Positions 38,136 to 51,285 of a DNA stretch of 64,000 nt are shown here, piece after piece. Origin of the DNA: Macrostomum lignano. Its lineage: Eukaryota. How positions within the stretch are numbered: the first letter of the stretch is position 1; every line of letters starts with the position of its first letter. Under the pieces are notes generated by a model that saw only the letters and a list, made by a program, of their open reading frames with translations, searched no databases and was not told the origin of the DNA. Position numbers and translations under genes: made by a program. The DNA lies in NCBI GenBank assembly GCA_002269645.1, contig NIVC01003415.1, positions 1 to 64,000 on the forward strand, in the 5' to 3' direction.

Positions 38136-40399
38136 TAAGGCACAATTGCTAACAAGCCTTAGGTTCTAAATGATTTATATAGTTTTTATAAAAGTATAGT
38201 ACATTCATAACATTTTAGCTCTATTTTAAAAGGGACTGACTACATGTAATATAAATGCTAATCCTAAATTATTGAATTTCTTATTATTCTCAAAAAGGAT
38301 TTTTCTAAAAAGTTTCAAAGGATATAAATGAAAAACAAATAGATAAAAAGGCAAGATCTTTTGCCAGTAGTATAATATGTGCATATACCAATAGCAGTTC
38401 TACTAATCCTATATTTATAAAATAAAAACTTTTTATTTAGTTTTTACTTTTAAACACAAATGGAATCATTTGTTACTTTATTTATTTAAAAAGGCTTTAG
38501 CTACTTATTTTTATTAGATTATACCTTTAAATATCAAAAGAAATATTTCCTTAAAAGCATTTAAGTATAGAAAGCAATACTAATATATAGCCATATTTTT
38601 TATAAGGAATCTTGTACAATAAGCCTATTATAAATAGAGCTTTGCTACATTTTGGAGAAAAAAATATTTTTTGCTTACTTGCAATTTTATTATATCCTCA
38701 AATATATGATTCTTATAAACTTTTTATTATTATTATTTTATAGATTCTATTATTTAAGTCAATTCTAAAATGAAAAAAAATATGTAACATATCAAGAGTC
38801 TGTCATATCCTAAATATGTTAAGAATAAATTGAAAAAAATTATTCTAAATATTTGAGGTAAGAAATATTATGTCAAATAAGGCTAAAACCTTGTTTATAG
38901 TTGTATTATATAATAAAAAGATGATATTTGCTAGCAAAAACTAGCAAAAGCAATGGATAAATAGTTGTATTTACTAGACAATTCTTATATATTATAAGTA
39001 CTAGGCCTAATTGTTTGTTTTACATTGTTTAATTTTTTGATACTGTTATAAATAAATTGTTTATATGAATACATTATCTTAAATTAATAGATTGTTTAAA
39101 ATATATACATGTGATATGTATATAAATAGTTTAATAAGTTTAATATGGAAAATTTCATATTGACTCCCATATTAAATTCCATATTGAAATATGCAATGTA
39201 TATTAATGTGGAACTTAATATAGTTTTATCTTGTAGAACCAAAGTTACAACATGTATACTATAGAAGTGGTTAATAGTTTTTAGGAATGTAAGAATTTGA
39301 ATCTGCACTAATAATTTGTTTTACTCTACAAAATATTCAGATATATATTCTATATATTCTCAATATTTGATATTTGTTAAAAATACACACATTTGGACAA
39401 TATAAATAGGAGTAGGCTGAGAGAGAGAAGAGACAACTTGTGCACTTGTATAACTTGTAAGTTCACTTGTTTGAAAGCTATAACTTATAACTTATAGTAT
39501 AAGCTCAAACCTTGCTTATATACTTATTCTCAGATCATAGCTTATTTTATTCTAAGAAGTATTGAGAGTTAGAAATCAGGGATTCATATAAAGAAAGTAC
39601 TAAGAATAATTGCTATGACCCTATAATCTTGGTAATGCCTAGACTGGAAAAAGAAAATACATATACCAGTAAGACTGCTCAGGCCACATACTAAGAACAT
39701 ATACTAAGAATGCTATCAGAATGCTACTAAGAATGCTAGGCCTACCTAGAAATATATGAGATTCTAAGAAATGGTTAAAAACATTAAAGCAAGATTTATT
39801 GTTAGCAGTAAAAGTTTAATAAAGGGAAATTAAAGCCTTGTTACAACTTTGGTAGGATAATTGGAGGACAGAAGTAAGCCCTACAACAATTTTGGTGGCT
39901 AATTAGTAAGATATTAATAGAGAAGCTCACCCCTAGCACAATACTAATAATGCAAAATTAAAAAAATTAATTATCATTCTAGCATATGCTTACTATGATC
40001 AATTTAGACTAGCATTTGACTGCTTTAGATTATAAAAAATCTAAATAAATAATTAATTGGAAAATTGCAATATTAGGCCTACCTATTTTAGTATGATACA
40101 AGCTGTTGAAACCTGCGGATTTTGAACCTGGGGAATTTCAATCCCCCGGAACTACTTTTGCATGTATTCTGAAATCTAAGGTCATACACAAACAAAAACT
40201 TGTTAATAGTTAGTAGGATAGAGGTAGACATAAAATGGACACATTCGTGCAAAATTAGGATTTGAGGCAAACATTGATATTGTTGGCTGGGGTACTACAC
40301 AGAATGTCAGGCAATGTCTGTCTGACTCTAAAACATGTATTGGCAAACTCTGGCCTCTCCCTGACTCTCCCTATGTCCCTTGGATCCTTTAAAATTTCT

Positions 40400-41440
40400 A
40401 TCGTCTCTTCTGTTTCCTCTCTTCTCTCTTGTCCCTTGTCTCTCCTCTCTCCTCTCTTATCTTCCCTCATCTCTCTTATCTCTTCTCCCTACTCTTTCCT
40501 CTTCTCTTCTCTACTTTTTGTTTTCTCTCTTTTCTCCTCTCTCCTGTCTCCTCTCTACTTTTCGTTTTCTCTCTCCTCTCCTCTCCTCTCTCCTCTCTAC
40601 TCTTTCGTTTTCTCTCTCCTCTCCTCTCTCCTATCTTCTTTTGTATCTTCCCTCATCTCTCTTCTCTTTCATATCTCTTATCTCATCTCTTTCCTTTTCT
40701 TTTCTCTCTCCTCTCCTCTCTACTTTTTCGTTTTCTCTCTTCTCCTCTCTCTCCTCTCCCCCTCTTCTCTCGTCTCTTCCTTCTCCTCTCTATTCTTTTC
40801 TCTCTTCTCTTAACTCTCTCCTCTCTCCTCTCTCCTCTTTCCTCTCTCTCCTCTCTCCCCTCTTCTCTCGTCTCTTCTCTCACCTCTTTCCTCTTTCTCT
40901 TTCCTTACTCCTCTTTTCTTTTCTCTTCCCTCTTCTATACTCTCTCTCCTCTATTATCTTCTCTCGTCTCTCTGCACTCTCCTCTCACCTTTTTCATCTC
41001 TTATCTTTACTCTCTCATCTCTCCTTTCATTTGTCTCATCTCTACAATCTCATCTCTCCTTTCTCCCCTCTTCTTACACCCCTCTCAGATCTCTATCTCT
41101 TCTCTTCTCACTCTTCTCTCCCCTCTTATCTCCTCTCTTCTCTATCCTTTCTACTCTCTCCTCTCCTCTTGACCCTCTGTCATCTTCTTTCTGCTCTCTC
41201 ATCTCTACTCTCTTCTCACTCTTCTCTACTCTCCTCTCATCGATCCTCTGTCTCATCTCTCTCCTCTTTTCACCTTTACTCTTTCCTCTCCCTCCTTTCT
41301 CCCCTCCTCTCGCTTCTTCCTCCCTTCTTCTCTGCTCTCTGCTCACCACTTATCTTCTTATCTTCTTATCTTCCATGTTTTCTCTTATCCCCCTCTCGCC
41401 TCTCCTCTCTTCTAATAGTCTATTCCTTTTATTTTCCACT
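40400..41440. repeat. CT-rich low-complexity tract
   Basis: About 1 kb of polypyrimidine simple sequence. Confidence 0.9.
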
Positions 41441-41454
41441 CTTATCTGGTCCGC

Positions 41455-43057
41455 ACATAAGCTGGATTCTTTATCTGGCTTTTGAAGTAAAAGTCTGCCG
41501 ATCCCTGCTTCGAAAGCAAGTTTGTGGGACGTACTACTCTCATCAGGGGGGGGGGTGTCGTAGCCCAGCGGTCTAGCGCAGGCTCTGGTGTGCCAGCGAC
41601 CCAGGCTTGATTCCAAGTGCAGTCACATTAATTTGGGGCCGAATTGGAATCTTGGCTTGGCTCTGCTCGTGCAATTAACGGCCTTGAGAGCCAACCCCCG
41701 AAGGCACAGTGAAGTGTACATGCCTAACGATAAAATAAAATAGGGCCGCTATACACTCCTGTGTGAGTGTGTGCCTGCGTACATATCTGCGCGCTTGTAT
41801 GCCTGCTCAGGGGAGTTGGTGGAATGGGCAGTAATGCCTCTCGCCGGTTATGTGCCTATGTCGCTTAAAGTGCGCCAGGGTGCACACAACCCCCCTGCCT
41901 TTAATAAAAAAAACTACTCTCATCGTTATTCTCATGCTTTGATCACGTCATCTTTCTTGCCAATTTGCAGCCCTGAAAGGAATTTGTGTATCTTCAGCTC
42001 CACTGCAGTCTGTATCAGTCTAACAACCAAGGAAATATGCATTTCTTAGGAGGCCATTTAAAATTTACACAGTACCTTTAAATTTAAAAGAAACCTAAAA
42101 TTTCCATGGTGTGCCTAGGGTTGTATTGCATTGCATCGCATCACCTTTTCATAAATATTTCGCTCTTACAAACCATGCTGGATTCCCTTGATTTGCCAAT
42201 TGCCATCCAGTGTTAAACTCTGCAGAGTTTGCCAATATAGAGAGGAGGGGAGGGCAGTGGTTAGAATTTCTCACTAAACTGTTATGGCTAAACGTAGCCT
42301 CTCCACTCTCGGGGTGCAGAGAAGGTTATAAATAAAGTTATTTCAAAACACTGTACATTTGCTATGTACATTCAGTCCTATTGCCTGACCCTTCATCTGG
42401 CTCTGGGGGAATGAGTGAGTGAGTAGCACAAACAACAGAAAAAGCAGACAAACTTCACATGCTTACAGTTTCTTTTTCAATTGAGTTACAGAGTTGAAAC
42501 TTTATATTTAGATAGAGAATAGGCCCTAAGTCAATGAAGAATTGTGTCAAATTTGAAGTCAATCACTTTATGTGAAACAAACTTATGGCAGCTGAAAGTT
42601 AGTCAATTTTGAAACCCTTTTACACATCTGGGCCCAGATCGGGAAAGAGAGGCAGGCGGGCGAAGGTTGGGGTGGTTGCTACGCTGAAAAAAACAGCCTA
42701 ACTTTAAAAGTGCACAGCGGCTTTCAGGATTAACTTTGAGATTTGAAATTTTACACGATTGTGTCAAAATATTTGAAAATTGCCTGTGTCAAATTTGTAG
42801 AGAATCGGTAGAAGTGGAGCGGCGCTATGGAGGATTTAGTGAAAAAATCGTGCATTTTGAGCAGTTTTTTGTACTTTTAGGTAGGAAGACTTGAGTCTAG
42901 GAAATTAAAAGGTAGCCTAAGACATTCTCCGTAGTAAGTTTAGGGTGGGTGTAAAGTTTGGTGTCATTTGGTTGAGCGGTTTGGGAGTCCATAGCGATCA
43001 AAATTGTCCATACACAGACGGACACACACACAGAGTTTTGATTTTTATATGTAGAGA
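41455..43057 (-). mobile_element. Interspersed repeat, copy 2 (interrupted by a SINE)
   Basis: Homologous to 36930-38135 and retains its CpGs. Confidence 0.7.
41545..41912 (+). mobile_element. tRNA-derived SINE, about 370 bp
   Basis: tRNA-like head with A box TAGCCCAGCGG and degenerate B box GCTTGATTCC, tail TAATAAAAAAAA, and 12-bp TSD ACTACTCTCATC (41533-41544 and 41913-41924). The empty site is present in the paralogous copy near 37010. Confidence 0.88.
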
Positions 43058-45291
43058 TAAGTAGGCCTAACTAAAAAACATTTATATAAATAGCTAATAC
43101 TATGCACCTAGCTATAGTATAGAAAGATATATATACAACTGAAATTTCTATTGTATACTGAGACTGAGACTAGCTATTGTACATATTATTAATAGATCAT
43201 TCATTTTTGCAAGGGCCCTTTGTTGTAGGCCCAAGCTAATATTTATGACAATACAGTATGAGAAAAAATAAAATAACATACTTAACAAAAGCTATTTTAC
43301 TAGGCTTATTAGCAATATCAATCTAAGTAAAAACCTAACCAAGGCCTAACATTTCGTTATTTGTATTTCTGGGCCTGTGTTGTGAAGTATTTTTACCACG
43401 TAAAAAAAAGCTAAATCATTTTGATGAAAACACCCTTGATGATGTGTCACACAGCTGCATAATGTTGCGTGTAAAAAAATAGTTCGATTAGTTTTTGGCC
43501 CGTCGAAGACAAACTAGACAAAGTCGTCAAAAATCAAAATAATCGATAATTTTTCTTTTACAAAATATATTTCATTTTCTAAAAAACTGTGAATTAAAAA
43601 TACTCTGGTCAAAAACGTATTAAGGTACGCACTTAAACACACACTTAGAATTTCAATCGTATTTTTTAGTACTATTAGCATTGTTGAAAATATTTTGAGC
43701 ATAAAAAATATAGTTGCAGTTAGACAGGTGTAAAACATGACAAAAAAGTTGTGGCTTGGGCAACTTTTTTTAAATACAAGGAAATGCGTAGCATTTTTTC
43801 CCGAGTTCGAGTCTCAAAGTAGAGGATAATATATAAATAAACTATCTTAATCTCACTGTCACTGGCTTACTGCCCAGTGATAAAAAAACGGAGATGAAAT
43901 TACAAATTCTTTTTTTGGCAATATAATATTAAGTATTAGGCCCTACTCACAGTATCGCTTTAAATTCGTCAGTTTGTTAGTTATTTTATTTATGATAGAC
44001 AAAGACTGATAGTTAAAATTGAAATGATGGATGGATCGGATGCGGGATGTCGAATTACTGAATTTTTGCTTTAAACTTTGACCCTTTTAGATTAAGATCA
44101 AAATGTTAGTAGTTTTGTTTCTTTTACATTTAATTAAAATATTTTCATTTTTTAACTAGTTAAAACATTATAATATTTTTTTAAATTTTAGTCTCTAGTG
44201 GTAGTAGTACTAGCAGTACAGTAGTAGTAGCAGTAGTTAGGCCTAGGATTGGCTTAGTAAAAACACAAAACAGCCTGGTTAGCCTATATAAAAATTATAT
44301 TTAAGTATTTTTAGAAGTAATAAAAGTTAGTAATACAAATGGATATTTTCTATTAATTATTATTGCATTTGCAATTGTTTTATAATAGCATTTATATAAA
44401 AATTTAGATTTTGAGACAAATAAGTATGATTAGCAGTAAAAAATGAAATTTAGTAAGGTAAAATCTATCAATATCAGTTTGCTTTTCATTTATAGTTAAA
44501 AAATAAAAAAGTAAATTAATATTATGAGACTATCAAGATAATATTAAAAAGACAACTAATACAATATAATTTTTTATAAAATCATATATATATATATGAT
44601 TATGATTTTAATAGTAGCACAAATTAATAATGCATGGAAATAATGCTAATTTTATATTAATATATCAATGCCTTATGAAATTTTGATGTTTGCATAAAAT
44701 AAAAATATGAAGTAATAAAATTGTAATTATAAGTATAAATTATTATTATATGTATATTGAATATAAAAAGCAACATAAGCCAAGAATAGCACAAAATTTA
44801 ATGGGTTGCAGAATATAAGAAAGAATACAAAAAATGTGTAGCCAATAGTAGTTATAAGCAACAAATAAAAAAGAAAAAAGAAGAAGTCTATATTAGAGGT
44901 CAATAGTTTAAAATATTTAGCTTTGAGCATATTGCAAATTATTTAAAAGTTTAAACACTTGAAGTTCAAACTTTTAAACTATGAATGGCAGTTGTATTGA
45001 TTATAGTGTTCTGTTATTCTAGATTAAGTCAATTGCTCCTAAGCTCAAAGTGACTATAAAAATATTATATATTTATAGTGACCTATTCCTAATATGAGAA
45101 ATAAAAATAATGCAAAAACCAAATATTTTATAGCTAGTGCAAAAAGTTCTGCATTGTAAAATAAATATAAGTCGATTGTCTTGGATCTTAGCAAGGTCCT
45201 AGTTTAGTGGGTATAGAAAAGCTTTATTCTTTATCCTCTGTGTAGTCCAGTACCCATAGACTGCCAGGCCGCCACAACCTTTGCATGTCTA

Positions 45292-48200
45292 ATGGCCGAA
45301 GTCGCGGTCGGCATTGACATTTCCTCCGGTGGCGAGGCTCGCAAGAAGAAGCGCTCATCAAGACGGGCCGAGGCTGGCGATGAGGCCGGCGAGAGGCGGC
45401 ACCGGCGGAAGAAGTCCACCCAGCAGCCCGGCGACGCCGATGGAGGCGGCGATGGCGATGGTGAGCGGCGCAAGAAGAAGAAGAAAAACAGAGAGGACGA
45501 GACGCCCGAGGAAAAAGAAGAGCGAAGGCGTCGACGAAGGGAGAAGAAGCAGGCGAAGGCGGAGGCGGAGGCGGCTGCTGCCGCCGCTGCTGCTGCAGCC
45601 GCGGCTGGCGTGGCGCCGACTGCGGACGAAAGCGATGAAGATGTGGAAGCCAATTTTCAACCTGCCGCTCGCCCACCGCCCCCGCCTGTACCGCAGCAGC
45701 GGGCTCCGGCGGCTGCCTCCGACACTGCATCGGACGAGGATGCCAGAGGATTCGACGAGGAGCCACCGAGGCGTCAGCAGCCGCCGCCGCCGCCTGCACC
45801 GAAGCCGAAACCAAAGCCGAAGCCGGCAGCCAGGCCGCAAGTTCCGCCGCCGGCGTCCCCGTCGCCGCCGCCGCCCCCTCCGCCGCCACCGCCGCAACCC
45901 CAGCAGCAGTTCTACCCGGCTGAGAGCGACGAGGACGATGTTGAAGCTCACGATGCCAGGGTGGCAACTCCGCCGCCGCCGACGCCTCCGCCGCCTCCGC
46001 CTACGTCGGACCCGCGAGCGCAGCAAGCCGACAGCGAGGCGGATGAGGACGACCAGGATGACGACCAGTTCCGACCGCCGCAGTGGAACCGGCCGAGCAC
46101 TCCGACGCCCCCGACCACGCCTCCGCCACCGCCGACAACGACGAAACCGGCGCTGCCGAATCCGGCCAACCCGACCGACCTGCATCGCTATATTGCCGCT
46201 ACCCTGGATGACGAGGGCAGCGACGTCGGCGGGATGGAGCCGGAACCGCCAGCACGCCAGCCGCAGCACCAACAGCAGCCACCATACCAGCAGCAACCAT
46301 ACCAGCAGCAGCCGCAGCAGCCGCCGTACCAGCAGCAGCCTCCAGTATCTCCCGATGCTGAGTTCGATCGGCCCGACCGGCCGATATCGGCGTTTGGCGG
46401 CGGCGGCGGCGTGCCCGGCGACCGCCAATCGGCTGCGCTGTCGTTATCGCGCGGCGAGGATCCGAACATGGAGCAGCCGCCGATTCCGGAGGGCAAAAAG
46501 CCGGGCGGCGGCCTCCTGGGCCGACTGTTTGCCTCGTTTCGTCGGGGCGGCTCCACGAAGCGCAAAGGCTCCACCGCCTCAGCTAAGAAGGCTCCGGGCA
46601 CGGCGATGGCATCACCGGGGGCTGGCGGAGCTCCTTCTACATCGGCGGAATCGGCCGGTCTAGGCGAGCACGACAGGTGGAATTCGAACCCGGGACTATT
46701 CAACGCCAACGACACGCCGGGCAATACGTTTGACCAGAGATTGCAGCAGCCGCCTCAGCAGCCCGTGGCGCTCAGACAGCCAGTACCAGGTGTGAGACCC
46801 CTGGCTGACACTGAGGTTCGTGTCATTCTGCTGGACGGCGAAGAAATTGGCGTGCCAATACCGCGCAAAGCTACTGGCAGCGAGCTGATGGCTCGCGTCT
46901 GTGAGCACATCGACCTACAGGAGATTGATTACTTTGGTCTAACCTACGTCGACGGAAAAGAACGCATGTGGTTCTGGTTGGACTGCGAGAAGCGAGTTCT
47001 GAAACAACTGAAGCACTGCGAGAATCGCATGCTCAATTTCCAGGTAAGTCTGTCTTCATAACTGCTGATTTTTAATTTAACTATGTTTCTGTTTCTACTT
47101 ATGTAAGTAGGCTACCGCGAACATGAGTTTAAAAATCTACCACGTAGAGTTGTGGTAGTGAGGCTCTCTACGTGCTCTCTAGTAAAAATTCCTTTAAATT
47201 CGGCTCTGGGTTTTGTCCGGAAAAGCTCATTTTTATTAAAAGACAACATTTGCTTCTTTCAACCTTAATATATGATTCACATTCACTTATTCAGAATACA
47301 TTTTTTACAAAAAAATTAATGAAATTGTAGCAATTTTTCTTTTGCGTCTTTAATTTCTACACAGTCTTGCTTTGGTTTTTTGCTCATGTCTCGAATCCAC
47401 TTGACATGCGTGTATTGGTAATCACTCGAAATTTTCCAGTAAAAATGCAGTTTAACTTGGCTTTAAAATTATTATTATACTTCAAATTTTTCCATGCGAT
47501 TGCCAACTTGATTGTTCCTGCGTTGATTTGTTCGGTTTTTCCAGCTTGATAAAAGATACTTGCTGCTAAAAGTGTTAAGAGTGCGAGAGTGGCACGTTGC
47601 TGCTGTAAAAGCTGAAGAATATGTTGTGGTCGTGAGCCTTCGAGGCTCTTTAAACTGAAACCTTTAGTTAGACTGTCTCTCCTAGTCATATTCCTACATC
47701 TTCGCTTGTACTCAACACCCACTAGGTGAAGTTCTACCCGCCGGAGCCCAACATGCTAATGACTGACGTGACACGCTATCAGCTGTGTCTGCAGGTTAGA
47801 CAGGACATCTACACAGGCAAGCTGCCCTGCACCTGGGTAACTCAAGCTCTGCTCGGCTCGTTCCAAGTTCAATCAGAGCTCGGTGACTTTGACCAAGCTG
47901 AACACGGTGACATCGGCACGCTTGACTATCTGCAGAACTTCGAATTCGTGCACAACCAGACTCCGGAGCTTGTGAATAAGATTGCCGAGCTGCACCGCGG
48001 GCACAAGGGCATCACGCCCGAGGTCGCCGACCTGCGCTACTTGGAGACTGCCCGCCGGCTGGAGTTCTACGGAGTCGACCTACACCCGGCCCGGGATCTG
48101 GACGATGTTGACATCACTATCGGGGTGTGCTTCGGCGGCGTGCTGGTGTACAAAGACCGCATGCGAATTTCGCGCTTCGCTTGGCCAAAAATTTTGCGCA

Positions 48201-48962
48201 TCTCCTACAGGAAGAACCTCTTCTACTTGAAGATCCGATCCGACCTGTATGAGAATGTCGAGGCTGTGGTCGGCTTCAAGATGATGAACCACCGGTGGGT
48301 TTTCCTTACAGATTCCAAATTCAGATTCTCTATGGTTCAAATGAGCATCAATAGCAGCCCTCGAGTTTTAGCTCCCACAGATCCTCGCATTCCGAATATC
48401 GAATCCCTAAATATCCATAAAAAGTCCTTAAAAGCCACAAGCTGAATCACAGATTTAGCTCGCAGAGAGCCACAATGCCAAGCTCCAGTCACTATCAATC
48501 GATAAGCTTGTCAATTCGTGTCTCCCACCCCGCAGCTGGGCCAAGCGCCTATGGAAGATCGCCATCGAGAACCACTCGTTCTTCCGCCTAAAAGAGGTGC
48601 AGATGGAGAAGTCCAGCAGCAAGCTGTCGCTGAACTTCATCCGCGGTAGCAGCAGCCACCGCTTCTCGGGCCGCACAATGCACCAGTACCGCGCCGAGGG
48701 CGGCACCATGCGCCAGTCGGGGACCTTCGATCGGTCGCTCAGCAAGCGAATGTCGGCCAGCCTGCCCAGCCTGAAGGGCTCGCAGTACGGCTCCTTTCAC
48801 AGCCTCAACCGGCTGCACCCAAGAGACATGCGACCGCAGGCTAGCGGTGGCGGCGGCGGCGGCGGCGGCCGCGCCAGCATGCAGGGACCGCCGAGAACAG
48901 CCGGCCGGACCGCCAGTGTCAGCGTGCTTCCAACGGCTGCATTTAGTCGCGACAGGCCGTCT
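45292..48962 (+). CDS. EPB41: Band 4.1/coracle-family FERM + FERM-adjacent protein with a long acidic/Pro-rich N-terminus
   Basis: Exons 45292-47043 (phase 0), 47726-48294 (phase 2) and 48536-48962 (phase 0). Motifs: VILLDG, LQEIDYFGL, FQVKFYPPEP, TRYQLCLQVRQDI, YGVDLHPA, HRWAKRLWKIAIENHSFFRL and HRFSGRT. Probable further exons are 49436-49470 and one starting at a TTGCAG|T acceptor (49789 or 50647). Confidence 0.92.
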
Positions 48963-49079
48963 GTGAGTTGCTTGAGAACTGCTAATTCACCTATTGGGGA
49001 TCATCGACTCCCTGAGGGTTTTTATTCCATAGCTTAGGCTTTCATATTCATATTAATAGAGATTTTATGCCCATGCGAT

Positions 49080-49290
49080 TTTTATCCCTGTTGGGATTTA
49101 TCCCTACTGGGATTTATCCCTACTGGGATTTATCCCTACTGGGATTTATCCCTACTGGGATTTATCCCTACTGGGATTTATCCCTACTGGGATTCACCCG
49201 GTTGGGATTCACCCGGTTGGGATTCACCCTGTTGGGATTTATCCCTATTGGGATTCACCCGGTTGGGATTCACCCTATTGGGATTCATCC
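49080..49290. repeat. 16-bp minisatellite (CTACTGGGATTTATCC / CCGGTTGGGATTCAC)
   Basis: About 13 tandem copies in an intron. Confidence 0.9.
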
Positions 49291-49781
49291 CTTAATGGAA
49301 CTTATCCATTAATGTATACATTAACTTATACATACATTAGGTTGCCAGCTATCGAAGTATAGCTACAGAAAAATGCACTTTTAAGAGATTTTAATTTATT
49401 ACTAATTAACAAATCATTCTTGCCTGGCCTTGCAGACTCGCTCTTCATCTACAGCCAATGACGACATTCTGTGAGCGCTGAAGTTCATTGTTTCCTATAG
49501 TTTTCTTTAAGTAGGTACGCTGGAACTGGGAGGCCTGCTACGATTCAGCCCCGTTCACTGTGTAAAGCTGAGCAAATTTCGAACAAACTAACGATTCATT
49601 GAACTTGTGAGCCAATCGCCAATCATTTTTACACATTTTTCCCAGGTGCCCTTTTTTGCTTGCTCGTTTGCCAAAGAGTTATTAATACTATGCAAATAAT
49701 AGTTTTAGCCCCATTGTCAATACAAAGTATATCACAACCTTTGACTGAATCGATTGATGATCTAGCTGCCTCACTTATAAT

Positions 49782-50659
49782 ATTGCAGTGGAAAATTCCA
49801 TTGATAAGTTGCAGTGGAAAATTCCATTGATAAGTTGCAGTGGAAAATTCCATTGATAAGTTGCAGTGGAAAATTCCATTGATAAGTTGCAGTGGAAAAT
49901 TCCATTGATAAGTTGCAGTGGAAAATTCCATTGATAAGTTGCAGTGGAAAATTCCATTGATAAGTTGCAGTGGAAAATTCCATTGATAAGTTGCAGTGGA
50001 AAATTCCATTGATAAGTTGCAGTGGAAAATTCCATTGATAAGTTGCAGTGGAAAATTCCATTGATAAGTTGCAGTGGAAAATTCCATTGATAAGTTGCAG
50101 TGGAAAATTCCATTGATAAGTTGCAGTGGAAAATTCCATTGATAAGTTGCAGTGGAAAATTCCATTGATAAGTTGCAGTGGAAAATTCCATTGATAAGTT
50201 GCAGTGGAAAATTCCATTGATAAGTTGCAGTGGAAAATTCCATTGATATGTTGCAGTGGAAAATTCCATTGATAAGTTGCAGTGGAAAATTCCATTGATA
50301 AGTTGCAGTGGAAAATTCCATTGATAAGTTGCAGTGGAAAATTCCATTGATAAGTTGCAGTGGAAAATTCCATTGATAAGTTGCAGTGGAAAATTCCATT
50401 GATAAGTTGCAGTGGAAAATTCCATTGATAAGTTGCAGTGGAAAATTCCATTGATAAGTTGCAGTGGAAAATTCCATTGATAAGTTGCAGTGGAAAATTC
50501 CATTGATAAGTTGCAGTGGAAAATTCCATTGATAAGTTGCAGTGGAAAATTCCATTGATAAGTTGCAGTGGAAAATTCCATTGATAAGTTGCAGTGGAAA
50601 ATTCCATTGATAAGTTGCAGTGGAAAATTCCATTGATAAGTTGCAGTGGAAAATTCCAT
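49782..50659. repeat. 26-bp minisatellite (TTGATAAGTTGCAGTGGAAAATTCCA), about 33 near-perfect copies
   Basis: Only one visible substitution (ATATGTTG near 50248). Confidence 0.98.
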
Positions 50660-51039
50660 CGGCGGCTAGATTAGCAATCGATTCTCATTTCGAAATTGCT
50701 GTTGCCTTAAAGTGGTTGCTACGCCCAATTTCCTAAAGTTTTTTAGCATGTTCGATCTGCTCAATCGTTTTGTTGCGTCCCACTTTTTCCTCTCAACCCA
50801 GCTGGCTGTTCAGAGGTTTTTGTCGTCAGAATAGTTTTGTTTTACTTACGAGCTCGTTTCAACGTGTTTTTTGTCCAAAGATACCATTTGAAAAGTGTCT
50901 TATAATAACCTTTTGTCTTCCACCAAACATTCCGGAATGGCCTCATTTTTTACTGTTACGAGCTACGTGTAGTTCTGTTTACTTCAGATGCTGTGTCGGT
51001 AAAGTTTGCTCATTGGCATCAAATCACAATTTGTGTGTG

Positions 51040-51285
51040 AGTGGGTGAGGGAGAGTGGGTGAGGGAGAGTGACTGAGGGAGAGTGAGAGAGGGAGAATGA
51101 CTGAGGGAGAATGACTGAGGGAGAGTGACTGAGGGAGAGTGACTGAGGGAGAGTGAGAGAGGGAGAATGACTGAGGGAGAATGACTGAGGGAGAGTGACT
51201 GAGGGAGATTGGATTGGGGAGAGTTGGTGAGGGAGAGTGGGTAGGAGAGGGTGGGTGAGGGAGTGTGACTGAGGGAGAGAGAAGG
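51040..51285. repeat. 14-bp purine-rich repeat (GAGGGAGAGTGACT)
   Basis: Imperfect tandem copies. Confidence 0.88.

Noticed and set aside
41545-41625. Functional tRNA gene
   Set aside because: The B box is degenerate, and it is followed by a 300-bp body, an A-tail and a TSD, so it is a SINE head.
49629-50659. Minus-strand ORFs of 278-334 aa (MEFSTATYQWNFPLQ repeats) or a CRISPR array
   Set aside because: These are translations of a perfect 26-bp tandem repeat with no spacers.
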